NCBI GenBank assembly: GCA_938014885.1
Contig: CALLQI010000011.1
Span: 51,344-115,343 of the forward strand
Origin: an uncultured bacterium
Lineage (GTDB): Bacteria; Planctomycetota; UBA8742; UBA2392
Direction of reading: 5' to 3'
DNA: 64,000 bases
Every line of letters starts with the position of its first letter. Within the stretch, counting starts at the first letter, position 1. Shown one piece after another: positions 46,508 through 55,620 of this stretch. The notes under the pieces are model-generated. The model was given only the letters and a program-made list of their open reading frames with translations. It had not been told where the DNA came from and ran no database searches. The position numbers and the translations under genes were made by a program.

Positions 46508-47254
46508 GTGTACGGCCCCTCACTCGCGCCACACTGGATTGACTGGCTGGCTGTGGGCCTGCTGGTGGTCGTCGCGCCGCTGTTGTCGGCCTTCGTCAAC
46601 ATCCCCAAGCTCCGCGCACTAAGCCCCGAGCAGCAGCACAAGGTGCGACCCGGCCTTTATGTGCAGACCATGCTGACGCTGTGGCTGTTCGGGGCAGCTG
46701 CGCTGTGGCCCATTCTTGACGGCCGCACCGATGTGCACGCGATGGGCCTGGTACCCGCCGGCGACTGGCGCGGGGCCGCAGGCGCGGGCGGGGTGCTGGT
46801 GCTTGTGGTGGCAATGCTGTGGCAGCGTGCACAGATCATGAAGATGGACGACGGCCGCGCGGTGCTGCAGCAGGCACTGACCAAAATTGAGTTCATCATC
46901 CCGCGCGATCAGAAGCAGCGCCGCCTGTGGGTGCTGCTCTCGGTTCACGCGGGCGTCTTCGAAGAGCTGTTCTATCGCGCGTTTCTGGTGCTGCTGCTGA
47001 CGGGTTTCGTTGGCCAGTGGGGCGCGATGGCGCTTTCCGTGCTGGCCTTTGCGCTGGCACACCTGTACCAGGGCGCGCGCGGCGTGGTGCTGACCGGCAT
47101 GATCGGTGCTGCCATGACGGGCTTGTGCCTGCTTTCCGGCAGCATCTGGCCCGCCGTTGTCGCGCACGCGTTGTATGACATACACGCGGGCAACCTGGGC
47201 TACTGGGCCTTGACGCCGCGAACTGACACGGGCACCAAGCAGGGCGATGTCTGA
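46508..47254 (+). CDS. CPBP-family (CAAX protease/Abi-like) intramembrane glutamic endopeptidase.
   Basis: It has a GTG start directly after the upstream stop. Motifs: ...AGVFEELFYRAFLV..., ...FALAHLYQG..., ...VVAHALYDI... (EExxxR, FxxxH, HxxxD/N). The 3' end overlaps uvrC by 8 nt. Confidence 0.85.
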   Translation: MYGPSLAPHWIDWLAVGLLVVVAPLLSAFVNIPKLRALSPEQQHKVRPGLYVQTMLTLWLFGAAALWPILDGRTDVHAMGLVPAGDWRGAAGAGGVLVLVVAMLWQRAQIMKMDDGRAVLQQALTKIEFIIPRDQKQRRLWVLLSVHAGVFEELFYRAFLVLLLTGFVGQWGAMALSVLAFALAHLYQGARGVVLTGMIGAAMTGLCLLSGSIWPAVVAHALYDIHAGNLGYWALTPRTDTGTKQGDV

Positions 47255-49163
47255 AGCCGACACCATCCTGGAACGCCAGATCCACGCCGCGCCCGCGGCT
47301 CCGGGCTGCTACATTTTCCGCGATGAGGCCGGCAAGGTCCTGTACGTCGGCAAGGCCATCGACCTGCACAAGCGCGTGCCCGCCTATCTGCGGCCGGGCA
47401 CTGACGGTCGCGCGCACATCCCGTTTCTGATGCGCAAGGCGGCCAGCGTCGAATTCATCGTCGTGAACAACGAGAAAGAGGCGCTGGTCCTTGAGAACAA
47501 CCTGATCAAGAAGTTCCGGCCGCGCTACAACATCGTGCTCGCCACCGATGACCGCACTTTTGTAAGCGTGCGGCTGGACCTGAAGCACGACTACCCGCGC
47601 GCCACCATCGTGCACAAGTACAAGCGCGACGGCGCCAGCTACTTTGGCCCCTACAGCAGCGCCAGCGCGCTGTACAAGACACTTGAGGTGTTCAAGCGCT
47701 TTTACCCGCTGCGGCTGTGCAGCGACCACGTCATGGCCAACCGCACGCGGCCGTGCGTGTACCACGAAATCGGCCTGTGCTGCGCGCCCTGCGTCCCCGG
47801 CAAGGTGGACAAGAACGAGTACGCGGCCATTCTGCGCAACTTCATCCGCGCGCTTGAGGGCAAGGATGACACCGTGGCCCGCGCACTCACGCAGCGCATG
47901 CAGGATGCGGCAACCGAGTTGCAGTTCGAAAAGGCCGCACAGTGGCGCGACTCGCTGACTGCGGTGCAGGAGACCACGCTGAAACAACGGGCGCAGGTCG
48001 GCACCGGTACCGCCCACCGCGATGTGCACGGCGTGTTCCGCGAAGCTGACCGGCTGATGATCGCCACGCTGATGTACCGCGACGGCAAGCTGGAAGAGTC
48101 GGCCACACGCGAGTTCAAAACGCTGCTGCCCGATGAAGAAGCGCTGGAAGGCTTCCTGATGGCGTACTACGAGCGCGCAAGCTTCGTGCCCGGCGAAGTG
48201 CTGGTCAGCCTGCCACTGGAAGGTCTGGAGGCACTTTCAAGCTGGATCAGCGACCGTGCCGAGCGCAGAGTTACCGTGCTGCACCCGCAACGCGGCGACA
48301 AACTGGAAATGGTGAAGCTGGCCGACGTGAACGCACGCCACGCGCTGCGAGTGCGCGCCGAAACCGAAGACCGCAACAAGACCCTGCTGCGTGAATTGCA
48401 GGAAGCACTGGGGCTTGAACGCGCACCCGTGAGGATGGAATGCTTCGACATCAGCCACGGAGGCGGCAAAGACACCGTCGCCAGCAATGTCGTTTTCATT
48501 GACGGTGTCGCCACCAAGGCGCACTACCGCCACTACAAGATCAAAAGCCACGACCGCAACGACGACTTCGCCAGCATGGAAGAGGTGCTGCGTCGAAGGC
48601 TCACGCGGGGGCTGGAAGAAGGCAATCTGCCGGAGCTGATCGTGATCGATGGCGGCCAGGGCCAGCTTTCGCGGGTGCAGGCGGTGTTCGAAGCACTGAA
48701 CATCGTCGGCATCGACCTGATTGCGCTGGCCAAATCCCGCGACAAGAAGCGCCCGGGCTGGGAAAGCGCCTGGCAGGCCGAGACGAAGCAAACACCCGAG
48801 CGCGTGTTCCTGCCCGGCCGCGACGAGCCGATCACGCTGGACCAGCGCAGCCCGGCGCTGTTTTTGCTGATGCGAATTCGTGACGAGGCCCACCGCTTCG
48901 CGATCACCTTCCATCGCAAGCAAAAGCGCAAGTCCGGCGTCAGCAGCAGCCTTGACGACGTGCCCGGCATCGGCCCCAAAAAGAAGCGCGCGCTGATTCG
49001 CCAGTTCGGCTCACCCAAGGGCGTCAAGCTGGCCACACTGGAGCAGTTGCGCGCCGTGGAAGGAATCTCGGAAAAGCTGGCGGCTGCTATCTTTGCCCAT
49101 TTCGAGAAGGATCGCGAAGCCGGGGCACCCCAGCCACCTGTCGCGCCTGAGCATCCAAACTAA
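47247..49163 (+). CDS. uvrC: Excinuclease ABC subunit C.
   Basis: ...PGCYIFRDEAGKVLYVGKAIDLHKRV... is the GIY-YIG domain. A UVR domain (ELQFEKAAQWRD), an endonuclease V-like region and a C-terminal (HhH)2 follow. Confidence 0.95.
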   Translation: MSEADTILERQIHAAPAAPGCYIFRDEAGKVLYVGKAIDLHKRVPAYLRPGTDGRAHIPFLMRKAASVEFIVVNNEKEALVLENNLIKKFRPRYNIVLATDDRTFVSVRLDLKHDYPRATIVHKYKRDGASYFGPYSSASALYKTLEVFKRFYPLRLCSDHVMANRTRPCVYHEIGLCCAPCVPGKVDKNEYAAILRNFIRALEGKDDTVARALTQRMQDAATELQFEKAAQWRDSLTAVQETTLKQRAQVGTGTAHRDVHGVFREADRLMIATLMYRDGKLEESATREFKTLLPDEEALEGFLMAYYERASFVPGEVLVSLPLEGLEALSSWISDRAERRVTVLHPQRGDKLEMVKLADVNARHALRVRAETEDRNKTLLRELQEALGLERAPVRMECFDISHGGGKDTVASNVVFIDGVATKAHYRHYKIKSHDRNDDFASMEEVLRRRLTRGLEEGNLPELIVIDGGQGQLSRVQAVFEALNIVGIDLIALAKSRDKKRPGWESAWQAETKQTPERVFLPGRDEPITLDQRSPALFLLMRIRDEAHRFAITFHRKQKRKSGVSSSLDDVPGIGPKKKRALIRQFGSPKGVKLATLEQLRAVEGISEKLAAAIFAHFEKDREAGAPQPPVAPEHPN

Positions 49164-49172
49164 CCTCGCGCC

Positions 49173-49934
49173 GTGACCGAGATTGTGTTGATTCTGCTGC
49201 TCGCGGCGGTGTCGTACTTCGCCAAAGGCGTGGTGGGTGCGGCCAGCGCGATTGTGTTCAACGCGGGCCTGCTGACCGCGCTGGCGCTGGGCCTTGGCGG
49301 CGACTTCACACTGCTGGACGGCCTGTACTGGGTTGCACTGGCGGATTGCTTCAGCAGCGTGCTGATGGCAGTCACCCTGCGCAAGCAGTTGAAGCTCGAG
49401 AAGTTTGTGGTGCTGATGCTGGCCGGGATGCTGCCGGTTCAGCTTGTGTTCACGCTGCTGCTGACGCGCCTTGAGCTGAACTGGCTGCAGATGCTGCTGG
49501 CGGTGTCAGTGATCGGTGCCGGGGTGTATCTGGCCGCGCAACGCAACCCGCGGGCAGCGCCGCCTCCCGTCATCGAACGTGCTGCCATGCCCGTGGGTGC
49601 GATAGCCGGTGTGCTCAGCGGGCTGTTCGGGATGGCCGGGCCGGTGATCTTTCTGCTTGTGGCCAAGGCCGACCCGGACCCTTCGGTGTTTCGCCGCCGG
49701 ATGGTTGTGATCAGCACCATTGCCGCAGTGATCCGCGTGGCCACGATTGCGCTGCAGAGCCAGTTCACGTCGCAGCGGCTGGCCTGGTTCGGGATCGCCG
49801 TGCCCGTGATTCTGGTGTTCCTGGCGCTTGGCATGTGGGCGCACCGGCGCGTCAAGCCGCCAGTCTTCCGGGTGGTGCTGGGAGTTCTGGTCATTCTGGC
49901 CGGCCTGGGTGCGTTGCTGCGATCCGTGACCTGA
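49173..49934 (+). CDS. TauE/SafE-family anion exporter-like membrane protein.
   Basis: 253 aa with about 7-8 TM segments. The N-terminus ...LLAAVSYFAKGVVGAASAIVFNAGLL... and the internal repeat ...GAIAGVLSGLFGMAGPVIF... are typical of the family. Confidence 0.8.
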   Translation: MTEIVLILLLAAVSYFAKGVVGAASAIVFNAGLLTALALGLGGDFTLLDGLYWVALADCFSSVLMAVTLRKQLKLEKFVVLMLAGMLPVQLVFTLLLTRLELNWLQMLLAVSVIGAGVYLAAQRNPRAAPPPVIERAAMPVGAIAGVLSGLFGMAGPVIFLLVAKADPDPSVFRRRMVVISTIAAVIRVATIALQSQFTSQRLAWFGIAVPVILVFLALGMWAHRRVKPPVFRVVLGVLVILAGLGALLRSVT

Positions 49935-49960
49935 CCCAAGCCCGGTGTTAAGCTGGCACC

Positions 49961-50737
49961 ATGACTGGCGAGCCGGGTGAATTGACCGTGACCGAGCTTC
50001 GGATCGAAGCCCCCGGTGCCCGCGCGTTCCGGCTGTCGGGGCACCTGACGGCCGCCCAAACGCCCGAGCTGATCGGCCGCCTGCGCGACGTGCTGAACCC
50101 GCGCCCGAAGCGGCTTTTCTTCGACATCAGCAAACTGACCCGCATCGACCGAGCCGGCATGGACACGCTGATCGGCCTGGCGGGCGTGTTCGACGACGCC
50201 GAGGGCTATCTGGCCGTGGTTGCCGCTCCCAAAGCGCTGCAAGACAAGCTGCGCGAGCAAGCGCCGTTTCAGTTCTTTGACACCTTCGCCCAGGGTGCCG
50301 TCCGCGTCATGGACGACATGCTGGTGCGACTGTCGGGCCAGTACCGCGCATTGCCCGCGAGGCCGGCCACCACGGAAACCGTGAAGGCAATCTGGTCCGG
50401 CATCCGCGACGGCAAGCCGGGCGTGCAGGTGCTGAAACTGAGCGGCAACTTCGACAAGGTTTCGGCGCCGCAATTCGCGAGGCACTGGCAGGACGAGTTC
50501 AAGGAAAGCACACGCCACCTGGTGATCGACCTGGCCGAAGTGCGCACCGTGGTGGACGAAGGCCTTGAGTGGCTGCGCCGCATGGCCGAAGCGCTGCGCG
50601 CCCGCGACGGCAATGTAGTGCTGTGCAACCCCAAACCCAAGATCCAGGTCATGCTCGATATGCTAGACATGACCAGCCTGTTCCGCTTCGCCCACAGCGT
50701 GGAAGAGGCCGAGGCGATGCTGGGTGCCTCAACGTAA
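49961..50737 (+). CDS. Tandem STAS-domain protein (anti-sigma-factor-antagonist-like).
   Basis: Two repeats of the pattern ...RLSGHLTAAQTPELIGRL...FFDISKLTRIDRAGMDTLIGL... and ...KLSGNFDKVSAPQFARHW...VIDLAEVRTVVDEGLEWLRRM.... Confidence 0.78.
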   Translation: MTGEPGELTVTELRIEAPGARAFRLSGHLTAAQTPELIGRLRDVLNPRPKRLFFDISKLTRIDRAGMDTLIGLAGVFDDAEGYLAVVAAPKALQDKLREQAPFQFFDTFAQGAVRVMDDMLVRLSGQYRALPARPATTETVKAIWSGIRDGKPGVQVLKLSGNFDKVSAPQFARHWQDEFKESTRHLVIDLAEVRTVVDEGLEWLRRMAEALRARDGNVVLCNPKPKIQVMLDMLDMTSLFRFAHSVEEAEAMLGAST

Positions 50738-50782
50738 ATTGCACTCGTTCCCGAGGGCAGTCGAACAACAAAGACAACGGCC

Positions 50783-51024
50783 CACGCGAAGGCGCGAAGG
50801 CTGCGCGAAGCCGCGAAGAACTACGTGCTGATTCTTAAGTCGACTGCATTGGAACCACGGGTGAACACGGATTCACACGGATCATGGCAACTGCGCAGGG
50901 GTTCGGCGGCGACTGTGCACCCGTGTGAACCCGTGGTTCAAATTGCTGCGTGCCGTGCAGCTCGGCATCGCGCCGTTGCAGTTCTTCGCGCCTTCGCGGC
51001 GCGCAGCCTTCGCGGCTTCGCGTG
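50783..51024. repeat. Composite imperfect palindrome of about 240 bp between convergent genes. Outer arms are 9-nt periodic CGCGAAG/CTTCGCG units. Inner arms are CACGG/CCGTG-rich.
   Basis: The outer arms at 50783-50824 and 50978-51024 are reverse-complement related (cacgcgaaggcgcgaaggctgcgcg... versus ...cgcgcagccttcgcggcttcgcgtg). The inner arms are 50851-50880 (ggaaccacgggtgaacacgg...) and 50916-50939 (...cccgtgtgaacccgtggttc). Confidence 0.7.
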
Positions 51025-51047
51025 AGCTGTTGCAGTGATCTGCCAGC

Positions 51048-52163
51048 CTAGCGCACGCGGCGCTTACGGTTCTTCATGTAGTCCACAAAGATGCTTCCGC
51101 CGAGCCGGTCGAGCGCTGAGTAATACGCGCGGCCGCGATTTACCTGGGTCAGCTTGTCTACGAACTCGACCAGGTGCGGGTCTTCGGCGATCATGAAGGT
51201 GCTGATGGTGATGTTGCGGCGGCGGCACAGCTCGGCCTCTTCGAGCGTGCGGTTCACGATCAGCGGGTCCAGCGTCCAGCTTACGTTGCGATAGATCTGC
51301 CCTTGCTCAAGGATCACCGTTGGTTTGCCGTCCGTGACCATGAAAATCTGTTTGTTGGTGTGCTTGCGCCGGCTGAGAATCCGCTGGGCAAGCTGCAGGC
51401 CGGCCTTGGTGTTGGTGTGGTACGGGCCCACTTGCAGGTACGGCAGGCGGTGCGCGGGCACCTCTTCGGCCTCGTTGCCGAAGGTGATCACGTCGATGCT
51501 GTCTTTGGGGTACTTGGTCTGGATCAGCTCGGTCAACGCGATTGCGACCTTCTTGGCGGGCGTGATGCGGTCTTCGCCGTAAAGGATCATGCTGTGGCTG
51601 ATGTCGATCATCAGCACCGTGGCACAGCTTGCGTGGTGCTCGGTCTCGAAGACTTCGAGGTCGTCTTCCTGCAGGCTGAATTCGTCGATGCCGCGCTTCA
51701 GCGCGTTGCGGATGCTTAAGTTGAAATCAATGTCGCTGCTGAGGTCGCCGAAGTTGAACGGCCTCGTTTCGCTCAGCTTCTCCATGCTTGAACCCGCGTT
51801 GGGCGTGCGGTGGTCGCCCTCGCCCAGGCTGCGCAGGTTCTTGAAGATGTGATCGAGCGAATCCTTGCGGATGCCTTTCTCGCCCTTCTTGGTCAGCTCG
51901 AACTGGCCCGGCGCGTCGCCTTCGCCCTGTTCACCGGCACGGCGGATCAGGCCCTGCGACTCAAGTTCGCGGATGAAGTCGTCGAACTCCATCTGGCCGC
52001 CGGTGATGTTGTGGCGTTCCCACAGTTCACGCAGCCACTCCATCGCTTGCTCGACGTTGCCGCTGGCCATCAGCAACAGGTCATTCCATAGCTTCATCAG
52101 CTGCGTCATCCCCAGGCGGCGCCAGGCTTCGGCTTCATCGAACTCGGTATAGGCGATGCGCAC
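51048..52163 (-). CDS. VWA-domain protein, CoxE-like.
   Basis: ...CATVLMIDISHSMILYGEDRITPAKKVAIAL...ITFGNEAEEV...IFMVTDGKPT... contains the MIDAS DxSxS motif and the VWA fold. The ORF track implies a GTG start. Confidence 0.85.
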   Translation of the reverse strand: MRIAYTEFDEAEAWRRLGMTQLMKLWNDLLLMASGNVEQAMEWLRELWERHNITGGQMEFDDFIRELESQGLIRRAGEQGEGDAPGQFELTKKGEKGIRKDSLDHIFKNLRSLGEGDHRTPNAGSSMEKLSETRPFNFGDLSSDIDFNLSIRNALKRGIDEFSLQEDDLEVFETEHHASCATVLMIDISHSMILYGEDRITPAKKVAIALTELIQTKYPKDSIDVITFGNEAEEVPAHRLPYLQVGPYHTNTKAGLQLAQRILSRRKHTNKQIFMVTDGKPTVILEQGQIYRNVSWTLDPLIVNRTLEEAELCRRRNITISTFMIAEDPHLVEFVDKLTQVNRGRAYYSALDRLGGSIFVDYMKNRKRRVR

Positions 52164-52167
52164 GTGT

Positions 52168-52199
52168 TGGGGCCTGGGGTTTGGGGCTAAGGGTCTGGG
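52168..52199. repeat. Solo G-tract arm (GGGGCCTGGGGTTTGGGGCTAAGGGTCTGGG) of the same family as 18627-18650 and 22116-22146.
   Basis: It shares GGGGCCTGGGG with the 22116 element and lies in the intercistronic gap between two minus-strand genes. Confidence 0.6.
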
Positions 52200-52229
52200 A
52201 CTGATTCTACAACGCCTCCTAGAGGCTGG

Positions 52230-53276
52230 TTACTCCAGTTTGGCTTGGGGTGCTTTGTCGGCCTCAACGCTGGCCCCGTTTCCGCGTTCGGTTGGTTCTT
52301 CTTCGTCGGCTATGGCTTCCTTCATGCCTTTGGGTTTGGGCATCGCCCAGCTGAATGGCAGTGCCACAAGCGCCCATGCCAGTTGCAACATGCGGCCCAT
52401 CAGTGACAGCACCAGCGCCTGTGACTTGGCCACCCCCCGCAACTCAAAGAAGTGCACGGTCGCGGCCTCACCGACGCCCCAGCCGCCGAAGCTGATCGGC
52501 AGTGCCGCCACCATGCCGGCCACGGGTATCAGCACCGCGTACTCGTGCCAATCCAACTGGATGCCGATGCCGCGGCCAATCGCGATGTGCATCGCAATCC
52601 AGCCCGCCTGCGGCAGAATCGACATCAGCAGCGCCGCCAGCAGCCCCTTTTTGTGGCCGCGATAGGCCTGCATCGCGTCATCAAAGGCCCGTATCGCGCG
52701 GCTGAACGGCAGCTTGCGCGATGTGCCCACGGGAATCAGCTTGCGAATGCGGCGCGACGTCATCAGCGCAATCGCCACCGTGGCGCAGCCCGTGAACCCG
52801 ATAATCACGTAAGCGGCCTGGCGCATGCTTGGCTCATGAATGCTCGGCAACAGCACGATCAGCGCCAGCGCCGCCAGCATGAACAGGCCGCACAGCCGGT
52901 CCACCAGTACGGCCGCAAAGGCTGTGGCCTTGCTGCCCGTGGACTGGCTCAGGTACAGGGCCTTGATCGCATCGCCGCCGACGCTGCCGCCGGGGATGGC
53001 CGAGTTGTAGAAGTGCCCCAGCAGCGTGTACAAAAACATGCGCCACAGGCTGACCTTGTGGCCGATCACCTGTACCAGCAGCTTCAGCCGCGCGGCCTGA
53101 AACGCGAACGAGCCGATGCCCAGCACGGCCGCCAGCGCCAGCATCGAGGGCTCAACGCCCTTGGCGGTTTCAAGGGTTTCGCGCGGGTCGGTGCGGTAGC
53201 CAAACAGGTACACAAGCACCGCAACGCTGAAAAGCAGCGGCAGGAAGCGACGCACCAGGGACAGGACCTTCTTCAT
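52230..53276 (-). CDS. Flippase-like (lysylphosphatidylglycerol-synthase TM region/UPF0104) membrane protein.
   Basis: 348 aa, polytopic. ...LLGHFYNSAIPGGSVGGDAIKALYL... is the motif I associate with this family. Confidence 0.8.
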   Translation of the reverse strand: MKKVLSLVRRFLPLLFSVAVLVYLFGYRTDPRETLETAKGVEPSMLALAAVLGIGSFAFQAARLKLLVQVIGHKVSLWRMFLYTLLGHFYNSAIPGGSVGGDAIKALYLSQSTGSKATAFAAVLVDRLCGLFMLAALALIVLLPSIHEPSMRQAAYVIIGFTGCATVAIALMTSRRIRKLIPVGTSRKLPFSRAIRAFDDAMQAYRGHKKGLLAALLMSILPQAGWIAMHIAIGRGIGIQLDWHEYAVLIPVAGMVAALPISFGGWGVGEAATVHFFELRGVAKSQALVLSLMGRMLQLAWALVALPFSWAMPKPKGMKEAIADEEEPTERGNGASVEADKAPQAKLE

Positions 53277-53364
53277 GCGGCGCTTGGTTTAGCCGGTATG
53301 CGGGGCAGGGGAAAGACGGCAGCCACCGGCAGTTATCCGGTGGCTGCATTGGTTGTTTGGCTTG

Positions 53365-55494
53365 CTACTTCAGGACCTTGGCGTACTCGCCGATGGTCAT
53401 GGGATCCTGCTTGAGCTTGATGAACAGTTCCTTCACGCCGCGCAAAAGCACTTTGTCTTCCTGGAAGTTCTGCGTGAACTCGGCCCCGCGGTCGTCCTGC
53501 ACGCGGCGGCGCAGGGCGTAGCGGATTTCGCGGCGCACGTCGTCACGGGCCAGCGGTGTCTTAAGCGCGGTGTACCACGCTTCGAACTCCGGCCACGCGG
53601 CGCTGTCGAGGCCGTCGAACACGGCCAGCCGTGACATCATGACCTTCATTTCGCCGGTGTAGTGCCTGTCGAGGTAGTCGTCGATCACGCCCGATTTGCG
53701 CAGCTTGTCCACGGCGTAGACCTGCCAGGGCTCAAGATACTCGGCACCCATTTCGATGTGCGGGCTGACACCACCGACGCCTTCGAAGCGGTCAATGGTG
53801 ATGCCGCTGGGCAGGAAGTAGTTGAACACCGTGCACTTCAGCACGCGGCGGCCGCCGGTGCCGTCCACGGTGAAGAAGCTTTGGCCGATACCCTTGCCGA
53901 AGGTTGCGCGGCCGATCACCGTCGCGCGATCGTTGTCCTTCAGCGCGCCTGACAGCATTTCACTGCCTGAGGCCGAGTCTTCGTCAATCAGCACCACCAG
54001 CGGGACTTCCGTGAATTCGCCGCCGTCGCTGAGGAACGGGCCCTTCTTGCCCTTCCATTCGCCGAACACGCCGCCGGCGCTGGCGATGGGCTTGTTCTTG
54101 GGCAGCAGCATGCTGGCGATGTCGATCACCGCCGTCAGCGAGCCGCCGGGGTTGCCGCGCAAGTCAAGGATCAGGCTTTTCATGCCCATGCGGCGCAGGT
54201 TGACCAGCGACTCTTTCATGTCCTTGCCGCTGTTGTTGCCAAAGCGCGTAAGGCGCACATAGCCGACGCTGCCGGGCAGCATCTCTTCAAGCGCGGTGTC
54301 CACGTGCACGGGCTTGCGGGTGATTTCAAAGACCAGTTCTTTTTCGGTGTTGCGGCGCTTGATGTAGACGGTGGCAATGCTGCCTTCCGGGCCGCGCACC
54401 AGCTCAACGCCTTCTTCCAGCGTCTTGGCGGTCAGGTCGATACGCTTGCCATCGGGGCCGTTGATGCCGACCAGGCGGTCGCCGCTTCGAACACCGGCCT
54501 TGTAGGCCGGGCCTTCGTAAATGGGCTGGTCCACCACAATCGCGCCGTCGGTGCCCTGGCTTACGTGGGCCCCGATGCCGACGTAGGTGCCGGACTGGTC
54601 CTGCTGCATTTCGTCAATCTCGGCGCGGGTCAAGAAGCTGCCGTAGCGGTCACTGGCGAGCGCCATCGCGCGGCAGGCTTGGTCCACGAGATTTTCGTTG
54701 TTCATCGCCTGCGGCTTGTTGTTGTAGATGAACTGGTCGTCCACGTAATGCTGCTTCAGCGCGCGCAGTTGCACTTCAATGAACTTCTCTTTGCGCTTGG
54801 TGCGGCCGGACTTGAAGTCCTGGGTCGCCTGGTCAATCTTCACCACTTCCTGGCCGATGCGCGCCAGCCGGCCCATGTCGCCGGGTTCGCGGGCCATGGT
54901 GGAAACGCGCTGTTCCACTTCGCGAGCGTGGCCGCGCTCGGACAGCACCAGGGCGGCGCGGCTCACCAGTTCGTGATCGCTGGACGACAGGAACTCGCGC
55001 AGTTGCTCCAGGGCGAGTGCGTCGCGCGCGTTCACGTACAGGGCCTCGCACAGTGCGACGCGGGCACCGGGTGCCAGGTCGTCGGAGTTCTCCCAGCGGT
55101 CGCGCAGGCTTTGCAGCATGTCTTCGTCGTCAATGCCTTCCTGCAGCAGCATCATGGCGCAGGCTTCAACCACCGCGCTGTCTTCGCTTTCCAGCAGCTC
55201 GATCACGGTTTCCAGCGCCGGGCCCGGTTCACCCAGGCTGGCCACGAGCCGCGCGCAGACCATGCGCACGTGTTCCGATTCATGCTCAAGGCTTTGTTCA
55301 AACAGGCCCAACAGTTTGCTCAGGTCATCGCCCGTGGCCATGCGGCGCAGCGCAAAGCCGTAGTCCCAGGCACGGTCGGGGCGCTTGGCTACACGGTCAA
55401 GCAGCGTTCTGGCCTGCTCAACGGCGCCTTCCTGGGCGGGCAGCGCGGCCGCAAAAAGTGAACCGACAAGGCAGCAGATCAGCAGGTGGCGCAT
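53365..55494 (-). CDS. S41-family C-terminal processing peptidase with a PDZ domain and an N-terminal HEAT-like repeat region.
   Basis: I chose ATG 55494 (MRHLLICCLVGSLFAAALPAQ, a signal peptide). The PDZ region is ...GIGAHVSQGTDGAIVVDQPIYEGPAYKAGVRSGDRLVGING.... The catalytic regions are ...LILDLRGNPGGSL... and ...VVLIDEDSASGSEMLSGAL.... Confidence 0.9.
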   Translation of the reverse strand: MRHLLICCLVGSLFAAALPAQEGAVEQARTLLDRVAKRPDRAWDYGFALRRMATGDDLSKLLGLFEQSLEHESEHVRMVCARLVASLGEPGPALETVIELLESEDSAVVEACAMMLLQEGIDDEDMLQSLRDRWENSDDLAPGARVALCEALYVNARDALALEQLREFLSSSDHELVSRAALVLSERGHAREVEQRVSTMAREPGDMGRLARIGQEVVKIDQATQDFKSGRTKRKEKFIEVQLRALKQHYVDDQFIYNNKPQAMNNENLVDQACRAMALASDRYGSFLTRAEIDEMQQDQSGTYVGIGAHVSQGTDGAIVVDQPIYEGPAYKAGVRSGDRLVGINGPDGKRIDLTAKTLEEGVELVRGPEGSIATVYIKRRNTEKELVFEITRKPVHVDTALEEMLPGSVGYVRLTRFGNNSGKDMKESLVNLRRMGMKSLILDLRGNPGGSLTAVIDIASMLLPKNKPIASAGGVFGEWKGKKGPFLSDGGEFTEVPLVVLIDEDSASGSEMLSGALKDNDRATVIGRATFGKGIGQSFFTVDGTGGRRVLKCTVFNYFLPSGITIDRFEGVGGVSPHIEMGAEYLEPWQVYAVDKLRKSGVIDDYLDRHYTGEMKVMMSRLAVFDGLDSAAWPEFEAWYTALKTPLARDDVRREIRYALRRRVQDDRGAEFTQNFQEDKVLLRGVKELFIKLKQDPMTIGEYAKVLK

Positions 55495-55620
55495 CGTATT
55501 TCCTGTGCAGTTACTCGGCCGCAATGGCAATCCCAGCAGCATACAAAAGGGGCGCAGGACGCGCCCCTTTGCCCTGACAGTAGATTGTACGGCTAGCGGG
55601 CCTTGAGGCCCCGCCAAAAG

